Translations under genes and position numbers: made by a program
From: Eledone cirrhosa
Taxonomy: Eukaryota
DNA: 64,000 nucleotides
NCBI GenBank assembly: GCA_964016885.1
Contig: OZ024742.1
Coordinates: 293,818,001-293,882,000, forward strand
Direction: 5' to 3'
The notes under the pieces: model-generated
What the model was told of the DNA's origin: nothing
What the model saw: the letters and a program-made list of their open reading frames with translations, nothing else
Databases searched by the model: none
Shown here: in pieces, positions 11,921 through 24,895 of the stretch
Layout of the letters: each line of letters starts with the position of its first letter
How positions within the stretch are numbered: position 1 is the stretch's first letter

Positions 11921-14456
11921 GGTGCACCCAAAAAATCTATACAAACTTCAACAACATTCTAATACATATATGTATACATTTTTTAGGGGGGGGGGGGCAC
12001 CCTGTAGAGGAGCTGAACAGAGAGGAAGGGAGAAATGAAATAGCCATACACCAAATAATAAACATAGACGTTACAAGCATTGATGAAAGTGAGGAGGGTG
12101 GGGAGCCTGCATTGAAGGGGGAAATGTGCTGAGACTGGTTGCAGAGAGTGGTGGAATAGAGGCAATCAGCAAAACTGCAACATTTTAATCCACCAGCCAT
12201 TCCTTCCGTGCTGAGTAAGCTACACCCAACACACACACACACACCTTTTAAATATACCGGCCGGCGAAAATATAGATTCTAGATAGAATGAGAGCATTCA
12301 TAACTACAAAAATATATATCGCACAAATGTTTATATAATTCATTATATATTATTTATTATTGAAGAAATAATTATATATATATATATATATTATGGAATA
12401 CTGTTGGCTTCTTGCTCACAATAATTTCTATACTTTTCATTTATATATATATATATAAGGCTTCGGCTTGCTTTAGAAGATTTTGAATAATCATTTTGTA
12501 ATATATCAAGGTGTGTGGTGAAACACTTTTAAATCCGTATGATTAGTTGTTTATGAAAATAAATAAATTGGAATACATACACTTATATAAGAATATACTT
12601 TGAATATATGTTGTCTGGGGAGGGTTAGTTAGACACGGAGAGGTAGAACAATAGTAAGCATGTACAAGGGAAACAAATTCTTTGCGTGTCTCCATTCGCA
12701 GCTGTATGTGTGGGTTTTTGGTAATTTACAAAGGCTTTAAACAGGCTTGGAAATTAACATCAAATATTACAATGAAAATGTTCAATTCACTGAATTCAAC
12801 AATTTCAACGTGCATGTACGTGTGATTTTTGATGATTAATTAATGGTGTTCATTCCTTTACCAATATTATTACAAGTGGAATTTAGATAGATAGCTGTAC
12901 AGAAAGATGGTTTTTTTTGTGTTTTGAGAAGGCAAAAGTATCAACGAAACTTCGAAATACAGTCACTATCAATTATAATCAGTGACTCTACAAACAGTAT
13001 TTGAATCATTCATTCAGTGCATGATTAGAATATTTATTAAACAAACCTATAACGCACACACAATCAAATACATAGATGGAAAAATATATTATCATATATA
13101 TACAGACAGAGAGAGATTTTCTTTAGTTCATTTTGCTCCCATTTGGTGATGTGAGATCTCCATTCTGCATGGTTTCAAGCCTTGTTACGTGTCTGTCCCA
13201 GATCAGACTTCTCGTCGTCTCCGTGGCAAATTTGATCATTTTAGATTGCTGGCCTCGCGCGCCATCCCTCCTCAACTCAGAACAAAAACTTAGTGTTACG
13301 AAGTTATAGGTAGAGTGGACAGTTACAAGTGGTGAATGATACATGAGCTCGATGTAATGAAGCCATCTTTAGTGTTGAGTGGTTAATATTCTTAGCTGAG
13401 GAGAAACAGGTGTTAAGACGGAAGATGCTAGGATAGTGAACGAATGTATTATATATATATAACCAAATGAAAAAATATATGTTTACATAGAGAGAAAAAG
13501 CCATATATCGTATGGCTCTAGATAAAGTCTATTGAGATTACTTATTGAGAAACAAAAAATTCTAAACATATTTAATGTTTTGATTCATCATTTGTATATA
13601 TGTGTGTGTGCGCGCGCGCTCAAATATTAAATTACTCTTATAGGACTTGTTCTTTTTAGGTGTTTGTAATCATTTGTTAAATAAAAATACAACTACTCTA
13701 TTTCATTATTGAGTACCTATATATATATATAAGCAGAAGGGATATTCAATTTATTGGTAATTCAACAAATATTTAATATCATTGTACACACACACACGAG
13801 ATAACGTCACAAATTCTGAGGAGAATGCTTCAACCGATTAAATAGATTCGATGCAACAAATGCATTGAAATGATTTATTTCGCTGAGTGGGGGGAGTCTG
13901 TAACATGTGTTTTGTATAATATGCATGGATGTAGTGATTCATCCATATACGATGTAGAAGAGACTCCACTATAGAAATGTCAGATACGCGTATAAAACGA
14001 GGGAAAGGTGAACAGATAAATGTTTCACACATAAACTCACATACTCACGGAGACAAGAGAAATAAACACACAACATACACAGCAAAAACCTGAAATAGTC
14101 CGTGAGAAAGAGAGAACGATAATACATAAAAATTCAAAACACTACCATACTATAGCTAGACAAACCATGCACAAGTTAATAATAGTGTTCGTATTGACTT
14201 CTGCAGTATATATATACACACATACGCGCGTCAGTATCTGTTTAGTACTCAATACAATAGTAGAGATTAATAGATTATTATAGCCGAGTCAGTGACCTGT
14301 TACTTTGGAGCTTCTCCTGTGTGTAAAAGTTAAGCACTACCTGTCGACCCTACAGGAGAAACTCCTGACTAACAAATTTTGATTCACTTGTACCAGGTGT
14401 TCTTTTAAACTTGGTGTTCTTTATTTAATTTGTTTATTAATTCAGCACACCTGAAA

Positions 14457-14497
<41 letters not shown>

Positions 14498-17400
14498 CGT
14501 GTGGACAGCTGTCGCCATGTAAACTAGAACTGAAAAGAGGTGGACAGCTGTCGCCATGTAAACTAGAACTGAAAAGAGCTAGTCTGTCGCGTCAACAGTT
14601 TTGTTTTTTTACACAACGCAAATTCAGAAATCACACACAGCAAAATTGGCAACAGATATACGGTAAAACACAAAATATAGGTCCGGACGAATAAGGGACA
14701 AGATTGATACATAGATTGACACAAAGATGGTGAGATGGAGGAGACTAAATTAACTCCTGGTCATCAGCTATTGAGATGGACTTACATTTTCAACCCCCTG
14801 TCGACATATACACAGAGGAGAGATAACATGAAAGCAACAATTCCAAAAATTACACCTGCTGTGCATTCAATTCCCACACTAACACACGTGCCTATATTTA
14901 TATATATATTATATTATATCATATTATATTTACGAAAATGTGTAACTATTAATAAAAACAACTAAATATTCCCACTGGTATAGAGCTAAGAGACTTGGTA
15001 TACAAATGAGGAGATAGTTGGAAGAAATAATTCTAACATTGGCACAAGGCCAGTAATTTGGGTGTAGGAAAAGTCAATTATACCGATACCAGTACCTGAC
15101 TGCTATTTTATTTTATCGACCTAGTAAGAATGAAAGGTAAAGTTGACTGCGACGTGATTTGAACGTTGAACGTAAAAAAAATGTCACAAATACCGCATGG
15201 CTTTTTGCCAGACGCCCTAACGATTCTGCCAAAACTAACGGGGCAATACTAATTTCTTGCATTGGCAAAAGGCCAGAAATTTGGGTGAGGGGTTTGTCAA
15301 TTATATTAACCTCAGTTTTTGACTGGTGTTTTATTTTATCGACCCTTGGTAGGATCAAAAACAAAGTTGACATGGGCGTGATTTGTCCATCTGCAAATAA
15401 TGATAATTGTTCCTACATTTGGCACAAATAATGGTTTCTGATTTAGGCACAAGGCCAAGAATTTATGGGGAGGTGAAAGACGATTACATCGACCCCCAAC
15501 ACGTTACTGATACTTTATTTTATCACGGCGGGATTTAGCTTTGTCTTTCAGATCACAGAATCCTTTATTACATCTCCCTCGCTATCCTCTGGAGTAACGC
15601 CTTTGCGATTCTGTCCGCTGGGACCATGAGGCACCACTCACCATAGGTTTTGCACTTCGGAGAGACAGAACAAGCGAACAAAAGAACGTGACAACCTTTC
15701 ATTGGTTGATTCCTACTGTTACCGTTTGTCACTATCCCTATCTCTCTATCCATCAAATGTCATTTCGGTACGTGTGTCAGTCTACTGAACATTGAGGTCC
15801 TTTTCAACTGACAGCTTCTATCGGTATGGAACTATGTTTTTCTCAGTCTCTCTTTCATTACTGACAAACAGAAACAACTGAGCGCTCATTCATACACAGA
15901 CACGGTCACTTTTATATATCATCATCATCATCCATATGCGGCTAGAAAGAGAGATAGACACTCAACATCACACAGCAGGATGAGATGGAAGAAGCTGATA
16001 GATAGGTCAAAGGTAAAAAAAATATATATCAGCACATGGCATATGTAAAATAAATACACGTGTATAAAACACCACCACTTACTATTACAATAATAAAAAA
16101 GACAGTTTCGTCTATATACTTAATGAGTTATATAGATCGAAACTACAATTTTCATTGACAAAATATATTACATGACAGCTGATAATACACAACAAAAAGT
16201 GTGTGTATGCGTGTCTATATGTATATGTATATACATACATACACACATATACAGTAGAATGTTCGTTAGAGAACAACGAAAGGGAACCACGATTAGAGTA
16301 AGTACTACAAGTAGAAGAGGGTAATTAATTTTATTTAAATCAGCAGGGCTTTCCGGATGACTTCATCACCGAATGAAACAATGCCTGTCATGTAAGAAGC
16401 CACATTTAAACGAAATTATATATTTTCGGCTGAGTCAATTATTAGATTGCGGCTGTGCTGGGGCATCGGTTGAAAAAAAAAAAGAATTAGTCGATCATAT
16501 CGACTCCAGTAATTATTTCTTTGAAGTCGAATACTATATAGTATATCATGATATGGTGGATGAATAGTAATACTTTGATATTAATATTGCTAATTGATGT
16601 TTTAATTAAATTTTCAGGGTGGAAGTCAATTTTCTTTCTTTTTTATTAAAACCCGTTTCATCACACAAACACCAAATCATTTTGGTTTATATACAAACTA
16701 AAAACTTCAATTTATTTACAGGAGTTGGAATGAAAACAGAATAACGTGTTTGTTCATAAGTGTTGCCTAATTAAATCTGACCTCATTATCCCGTGTAAAC
16801 AAAGGTATTCCTGACGTGACACTCCCGTCGTTTCTAAAATGGGATATGTGGGAGATTTAGATGCTATTTGTGGAGGGGGGGGGCAGCATGAGAAGGGGAG
16901 CAGGTCGAGCGACCACATAGAGGCTATCTGGTTGACTCATAAACCAGTGAGTTATCAACAGGAGGTATTTTCTAGGAACCAGACTCCAACACTTTATGCT
17001 AATACTGATACAACTGAAGAAAAAAACTGCATTCAACGCGCACATTTTTATTGATATGCTATAAATGATAATATGAAATAAAATATTACATTCGCTACTA
17101 TGGTATTATGATGGCCCGGTTTCATGCTCATCTTTCGATAGATGTGATATTTCTAGTGAAGCTCAATTCATCATATCCAACTGAAGAATGCTCTGGACGA
17201 AAACTTTATGGGAAAATAGCAACTATATCATAATGTATTAGTGCTCTGATTTTTATTAGTTAAACCACTTACAAATTATTATATATATATAATAAAACTA
17301 TCAAAATGTTTATGATAAACTTAAATAATGCATTCTATATACGCGAAACATGACAGAATCGCGCGCGTGTATGTGTGTGTGTGTATAGAAATGGGCACAG

Positions 17401-18241
17401 AATTTCTACGTTTTGAAAGATTTAGAGAAAGCCAACAAAATATACAATGAGAATGTGGTGAAACCCAGCAAGTATGTTACACTTGAGTCACTCGGCATAT
17501 AGTAAAGGGAGGGGGGGATGAAGAAGCTGATTGAATAGGGGTGGATGGAAATTATTGATCTGGGGAAAGCAGGCGGGCTGCATGAAAGAAGAAATGATTA
17601 AGCAAGTTTTATAACCAGTAATGTTGAGTAAGAAATAATTCTGACCCTTGTGTTATTTGTCAGCGTGAAAAGAATGTGGGGAAAGCGATGTAATTTTCGA
17701 TAAACCTTGTTGCTTACAATATTCCGTGAAGTGAAATGTGAAGGCGAAATCACATATGACACCCAGTTATACACGTATACAGCATAAATAGACAGATAAG
17801 CAGCACATTATATACTATGAAAGACCTAGAGTGGCTTGTGAACTGGGATGCAACGTGAAATCGAACTCTTGTATCTTAGTTTGCTATTGCAATACTTCGA
17901 AGTCACATTTGACACCAAAATAAACACGTACGTAGCATTGTTATGTTTTACTACCACCACATTATCTGTGTACTATGGAGTGGGTTGTGAACGGAATGCA
18001 ACTTAAAATTGAACTCCTATATCTCAGTTTATTATTGCAACCCTCACATTGACGTTCAGAAAGAGGTAGTTATCAATTGGGATTAATAAGTAAACTGTTT
18101 AAACATCTACATACATCTCCCACCATGATGCAGGAGAGAGGTGTGAAGGAGAAGAAAAACGGTCAGGAAAAGTGTATTAAGATCATCTAAAATAATTAAT
18201 GCAAAATAGCCCAGTTATAGTGCTTGTTATTAATTACTTAC

Positions 18242-18337
18242 CTGGGCAACAAGAGGCACCAGAGTGTGTTCCACGGACTTGGTGCGTATCTCCAAAGGCA
18301 GCTTAGCTTCCGACTTGGGCTGCGCAAGACCAGCCAT
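18242..18337 (-). CDS. CTNNAL1: First coding exon of an alpha-catulin (alpha-catenin/vinculin family) gene; later exons not found in window
   Basis: Minus strand reads caaaATG...GCCCAG|gtaagt = MAGLAQPKSEAKLPLEIRTKSVEHTLVPLVAQ (32 codons, phase-0 donor). LEIRTKSVEHTLVPLVAQ matches the recalled alpha-catulin LEIKTRSVEQTLLPLVSQ better than alpha-catenin LEIRTLAVERLLEPLVTQ. A candidate acceptor (cttcccctccctccag) precedes 18396. Too short for the ORF track. Confidence 0.85.
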
Positions 18338-19950
18338 TTTGTTGTGCTGCTGCCTGGCTCCAACGATGGAGGGAGGAGACGGCGGCGAGGATACGGCTGG
18401 AGGGAGGGGAAGTGAGAGAGAAAGAAAGACTAAGAGATGTAGGAGAGGGGAAGCGAGACGGGGGAGAAAAGGTAGTAGATGTAGAGAGGGGTAATGGGTG
18501 GGAGAAGGATAGGAGATTAAAGCAAGTGGTGGGGGTCAAAGAGAGGAAAATAAGAAAGAAAGAAGAGATAAAGTCACGGGAGGAGAGGTATATAAAGAGA
18601 GAAATAGAAGAACAATATGCAGCAAGTAAAAGATAAAATGACACTGCAGTGTGAAGGGAAGAGGGAAAGGAAGAAAAGATAAAGTCACAGGAAGGGGGAA
18701 GATAGAAAGATATATGGAGAGAGAGTGTGAGAGAGAAATATATAGATAAAGATATAACGTCACAGATATACAGATAGATAAAGAGAGGGATAGATAGATA
18801 TAAGGAGACAGAAAGAGGGAGGGAGATAAGTGTAGCTAAGGAGAATTAGAAATGAAGTTGAAAGAGAAACTGACGAAAGGATAGAATTAAACGGAAATAG
18901 TGATAGGATGAAAGACAGAAAAGCGAGAAGAGAAATAGAAAAATAATTGAAGATTGACAGAGGGGACTGGGAGAAAAACAGAAAATAACTGGAAATAGAC
19001 GGAGGGAAACCGGGAGAAAGAGAGAGAGTGAAAAACATGAGAAGGGAAATAGTAAAGAATTAAGAAAGAGTGAGAGAGAGACTGTGTGAATGAGAGAGAT
19101 TATGTATAAATATACGTGTATGTGCGTGTGAGAGAGTATGTGCGAGTGTGGAAATGTATACGTGTGTGTGTGTGTATGTGTGAAAATATGTCATTGATGG
19201 AGAAAAACTGAAAGGGTAGAAGATAGATGACTAGCGTTAGAAAGGGTTAAAGGTGAATACAGTAAAGAAACACGGCATGTGAGATCGATTCATATTCTAT
19301 TTTTTTACGATATAATATATATATATATACATTTGAAAGGGACATCTTAAGTACAAGTAACCTAGAACGGTTAAACTTTAACCGAATGAGCGAGCGCTCA
19401 ATACATGGGATAAGTTTATTTTCTAAAGAAAAAAGAAAAAGGTGGCAGTGACTTCGAAGTTACGGAGACTGTGTTCCTCAGTGTGTGTGTGTATATATAT
19501 ATATTTATATATCAGATAAGATGTGGTAAAAACTAGCTAAACCATTACACACCAGAGTACTCGATACTAGGGGTAGAAGAGTGGGTAATATGAAAAAATT
19601 CTGGAGCCCTACGGCTGGAGCTCAGCCGTCGGGTTCCTGAATTTTTTCATATATATATATGAAAAAATTCAGGACCCCGTATATATATATACACATACAC
19701 ACATAATTTTATTCATTTACATGTTTCTGTCAGTAGACTGCGGTCATACTGGAGCACACCACCTTGATTTTAATCGATCATATAATAATAGTATATATAT
19801 TTTTTTTCATGTCTAGTACTTATTTTATCGATCTCGTTTTTGTCGAAATGCTAATGTACAGGACTTAAACACAGTCACAAACGTAAACAGACACACGCAC
19901 CTCTCTCTCTCTCTCTTTCTGTCTTTCTCTCTCTTTTTCCTCTCTTTCTT

Positions 19951-20004
<54 letters not shown>

Positions 20005-20302
20005 GGAATACTGTTGGCTTTTCGCTACAATGTTTTCTATACCTTTCATTATATTATATATAATATATATATATATATATATAATATTAAACAATGATAG
20101 ATAGAATAAGACATGGTTAAGTAGTAAATTAATCCCCTGTTTTACGATCGTTTCAGAGATCAAAATTATCGATATGCAAACTAATCGATGGCCGTTATGC
20201 AACCCATACCATGAGCCTCGGAAAAGCACATTCATTAGAAAGCGGAATGGAAGTGCTTTTTCGCGGCTAATGGTATGGAGTTGCATAACTGCTATGAGGT
20301 TT

Positions 20303-20645
20303 CTTCTTCACTCACTTATTCCTGAGAGGGTCGTAGGGGCAGAGTCCTTAAACACTTCTTCCAGCGGGTCCTGGCGTAAGCAACCATCTCCAACTGATTC
20401 GGCTGGATCCCTAAGCGTGACCAGCTAAGTTCATGGATGTTATCCAACCATCTTGCTCAGGATCTACCCCTGGTCTCCTACCGGTTGGTTTCGCCCGTAA
20501 AATCTGTCCAGCGATTCTTTCCTGAGACACTCTAACCACATGGCCATAGTATCGGAGCTGTGATTTCTCAAAGTGACTCTCTGATCTCCGAGCTACGCAC
20601 TCTATCGAGTAACATTACTCCAAAGACCCTTCGAAAGATGTACTA
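20303..20645 (-). mobile_element. RTE LINE 3' end (second subfamily)
   Basis: QLRYYGHVVRVSQERIAGQILRAKPTGRRP; homologous to 1938-2181. Confidence 0.85.
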
Positions 20646-20899
20646 CGATCTGAACATCAGTAATTTTGTTCTCTGAAACGATCGTAAAACCATAGATTAA
20701 TTGACTACTTCACCTTGTCTTATTCCTTCATCCTTTCGTTGTTTAACAATATATATCTGACTCTGTAGTTTTGAATACTCAACGACATATATGAGGATAT
20801 CATCTTTCCACAAAAACAGATTTCACTTTGTTTCAATGTGATATTCATATCAACACTAAATCAAGTCCTAAAATTGCTATAATTCGTTGAGTAGCGAAC

Positions 20900-22044
20900 T
20901 AATGAATATATATGTGTCCGAAACCTTGAGACTCCTTTCTGCTATTTCAAGCGTTAAACTGATATATTTCTTCAATAGAGACCCGGATAGTAACACTGAA
21001 GCAACATCTTCAACAGAGGAAAAAGGTTGGCAACCATCTTGCCCAGGTTTAATGAGCATGAAAAAAAAAATATCATTAGAATAGCCACTGATCTGGAGGA
21101 GAGATATGGAATAAAGCCTGATATAAATCTCTCACCCAGAGAAATCGGAAGATCCTATTCAATGTTCAAACAAGATGAAAAAAATTGACCAATTTACAGA
21201 AAAAGTTTTGTGCATGGATACTTGAGACGTAAAAACACAGACCATAGAGGGGATAAACACTCAAAAAGCCTGGCATGGAGTTCCGACAAGTTTATGACAT
21301 CACACCTTGAGGGATATCTCTATGCAATACAGGAACAAGAACTCCCTACCAAATATCTGCTGCACTAAAAGGGAGGGCCATCAGCTGACAATAAATGTAG
21401 GCTATGTAAAACAAAGATCGAGGATGTAAGCCCATTGTTGCCAGCTACAAAGAATGTCATCTCGCTACTACCTCCCCATGAGACACGATGGATAGCTAGA
21501 ACCATACTGGAACGCACTTCGGAAAAAAAAATTAACAACAAACGAGGAAGAATATATTGAGACAGATGGTACTAAGGAATATGGTGGAACCTGAAAATAA
21601 AAACTGCCACCAAAATAAAGCACAACCGGCCTGATATTGTTGTTTGGGACCACACATGAAAACGTGTTCTGTTGTGGAGATCAGCTGCCCACATGATGTA
21701 AACGTTGTCAGAAAAATACAGGAGAAGGAGGACATCTACGGACCATTGATGAGGAGTTTACAAATCGAGTATCCAAGATACACCTTTAGCTTCACACCCA
21801 TCATTATTGGAGCTACGGGTTATATACCAACCCGCTTGGACCAAGTATGACTGAACTTGGATTTGCGGACAAAGAGCACCAGCTCCCTAATTCATAGTCT
21901 ACAAATGGTTGCGATAGCTGGCACCTTCAAAATTTGCAAAACATTCTTGCGATTCAAGGATGACAATTTCTTTCTTTTACAACCTTGCCACCCAGGAAGG
22001 TGGTCGGTCAAAAAATATACTCGAAATTAAGAGAAAGAGATAAA
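20900..22044 (+). mobile_element. RLE-type non-LTR relic (R4/Dong-like), zinc knuckle plus restriction-like endonuclease
   Basis: Across frames: EGYLYAIQEQELPTK, KCRLCK, RHD, HNRPDIVVWD, VVEISCPHD..EKEDIY, PIIIGATG. Confidence 0.85.
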
Positions 22045-22120
22045 ACATACATACATACATACATACATACATACATACATACATACATACATACAATACA
22101 TACATACATACATACATACA

Positions 22121-22718
22121 TGGTGGTGGCTGCCAACTCGTTTTTGAGTACGGCCACTACTTTATATCCATGTAGGAGAACTCCTACCGATGCGCTGAAC
22201 GAGTGACTTTTTAGTCAGCCAAGCCGACTTGAAAACTCTGGTACAAACACTACACTTGTGACAATTATTGACACATAGTGCTGGGCCCATGGTACCATGT
22301 GACAACAAGTGCAGAGAGATCTCCAGATATAAAGCAATGCCTGTGCCATGAAGCTTTTATAGTGAGCAAAGCACTGCACAAAGCAGTCCCACTCTCTCTA
22401 ACAAGATGATATTTACCAAAAAGAAGAACATGTCAACATCATTGGATACCATCAGAGTTGCAGGTGTTATATCAGAGTTTTCCTTCTCCTAGGAATTCTG
22501 CCTTGACAAAGGCTAAGGGGTCATCTCTCCCGGTGATTTTGGATGGCCATTGACTCTTAAGAGCTCCTTTGCCCTTTGACAGGTTTTGTTTTTAGTCCTG
22601 CAGGATGTCCAAAGTCACCCTCCTCACAAAGAAACCTTGGTGTAGTTGCCAGTTTAGTCGCCAACGACCCGACCATGAGACAGGTTGTACTGGGATACAT
22701 GTTCCCAGTAGCACCAAC
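22121..22718 (-). mobile_element. Non-coding (TATG)n-embedded retroposon, family D
   Basis: Homologous copies on + at 34542-35170, 39654-40039 and 40930-41465; GGAGAAGGAAAACTCTGA motif recalled from RTE 5' UTRs; ends GCAGCC(A/G)(C/T)CA then (TATG)n. Confidence 0.8.
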
Positions 22719-22723
22719 ATACA

Positions 22724-22801
<78 letters not shown>

Positions 22802-23104
22802 AAAATGTTTAACCCCGACGGCAGAGCTCAAGCCATTTCGACGGCTATTTCATCGTCGAAACGGCTTGAGCTCTGCCATCGGGGTTAAACATTTTCCTAT
22901 TACCCACTCTACTACCCTAAGTATTGAGTACTCTGGTGCGTTATGGTCCATCTGGTTCCTTACCACACTTCCTTCGCTAATGCGATGAAATACCAATGAC
23001 GGTTGGCAAATCACTGATGAGGGACTAATTTTATAATATGTAACCCATGTGCAACCACGCAGTATCCTTCTTCCCATATTTTTCATATATATATATATAT
23101 ATAT

Positions 23105-23635
23105 ATATTGTTATACTTTGGGAGGGTCATGTTGCCAATAAGAAACACACGCACCAGTTGCTTTCACTTCAATTTATTATATATTTTTATAAATTTATAA
23201 GTTTATAAATTTATAAATTTCTGGTTGGTTGGTTGGTTCCACAACCAGATAGTTGTTTATATATAGTCATAGTTCTTTCGTCACACACTCTGTGACCTCT
23301 TCAGTGACTGGGGATTCCTTTCTTTGTTTCTGTGCCTCTCCTTTGTTCTGTCCTACGCCATTTTGTTTCTGTGTGACACACAGAAACAAAATGGCGTAGG
23401 ACAGAACAAAGGAGAGGCACAGAAACAAAGAAAGGAATCCCCAGTCACAGAGTGTGTGACGAAAGAACTATGACTATATATAAACAACTATCTGGTTGTG
23501 GAACCAACCAACCAACCAGAAATTTATAAATTTATAAACTTATAAATTTATAAAAATATATAATAAATTGAAGTGAAAGCAACTGGTGCGTGTGTTTCTT
23601 ATTGGCAACATGACCCTCCCACAGTATAACAATAT
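23105..23635. repeat. ~530-bp near-perfect palindrome
   Basis: Arms of about 265 bp meet at 23376 with a 1-nt spacer; they differ by a 12-nt indel and one substitution that I could see. Confidence 0.95.
23265..23309 (-). ncRNA. Minimal hammerhead-like motif in a palindrome arm
   Basis: AGTCA CTGAAGA G GTCAC-agagtgt-GTGAC GAAA gaac TA TGACT: stems I and II pair, one extra nt after A9, stem III only 2 bp. Confidence 0.55.
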
Positions 23636-24604
23636 CGGTTTCAACACACGATTTCAGATAAAGAATCTTGCTAAACAAATTCGGAAACGAAATATATATA
23701 TATATATATACACACACATACACACACACACACGACGGGCTTCTGCTGTTTCCGCCTACCAAATTCCAATCGCAATGCCTTGCTCAACCCCAGGATATAA
23801 TAGATGGCATTTGCTCTGAGTGCCGTGCGGCGAGACTGAACTCAGAACCAACTGATTCTGAAGCGAATTCCTTTTGTATGTGTGTATGATATAGATAGAT
23901 AGAGGGAGAGAGTGAGAGACAGATGTATGTGTGTATACGTGATTATTAATGCAATTAAGCATATAGATGTTAAACAATGAATGAACGATTAAGCAAGAAA
24001 TAATTGTAGTTGTAATAATGACACTGTAGAGTCTATTTCTTTCTCTCTTCATTGAAATTTCTTACTTAGTCTCTTTCACTCTTTTCTCTTAACCTCTCTC
24101 CTCTTTCCTCTGTTTTTTTGTTGTTATTTTTTTGCTATCCCCCTCGGGTATGTATATTTATTTATCTATCTTTATCTCTCTACTTTTCTCTTACTTTTTC
24201 TTTCTTTCTAGTTTTGCTATTTGCTTATGCACTTTTTTCTCTTTCTCATTCTCTTTTGCAATTTCTTCTTCCTTTCTCTTTCCCTGTCTCTCTCCCTTAC
24301 TCTCCACTTTCCTTACTTTATCCTTTATGCTCTCCTTTATGCATATCTCTCTCTCACTCACTCACCCCACATACCTCAGTTTATCCTCTCTCTCACTTTC
24401 TCTCTCTCTCTCTGATTTGTACACACGTTATTTCTCTTTCTCTCTTACAGACACACACCCCTCTACCTATCTATCTCTATCTCCCTCGTTCTCCCCCCCC
24501 CCCCCAATTATCTCTAGCTCTTCTTCTCTAGTTGTTTCTCTCTTCATATTGACACTTCACACGCGTTATCTCTCTCTTCTCTCTTTCCCCGTTTCTCAGT
24601 AGCA

Positions 24605-24760
24605 AAGTTAGGGTGGGGGCGATCCGCTTCGAGCGACACTTTTGAGTCTGTTGTATGTATTTCAGTATGTGGGGGACGGGTGTGGGCAAACTCAAGAGCT
24701 ACCCCGGGCGGCTTTCACTCAAGCTACGCCGCTGTTTTTTCTCTGCCGCCCCCTCTTCAA
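24605..24760. promoter_or_regulatory. Candidate promoter: GC-box and CpG-rich unique island
   Basis: GGGCGG motifs on both strands, GGGTGGGGGCG and many intact CpGs in otherwise AT-rich DNA, about 6 kb upstream of the catulin exon. Confidence 0.3.
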
Positions 24761-24839
24761 ATCTCTCTCATTCTCACTCCTCCCGTTCTTTCTCATACAC
24801 ACACTCCTTCCCACTTTCCCTCACACATCATCTCACTTT

Positions 24840-24895
<56 letters not shown>

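Noticed and set aside
16340-16375. GTGATGA...GAAA on the minus strand
   Set aside because: Core mismatch and no convincing stems.
17176-17215. CTGAAGA...GAAA possible hammerhead
   Set aside because: The intervening sequence cannot form stem II and stem I is poor.
22045-22120. (CATA)n as the target or tail of the R4/Dong-like relic
   Set aside because: Better explained as the tail of the adjacent minus-strand family D element.
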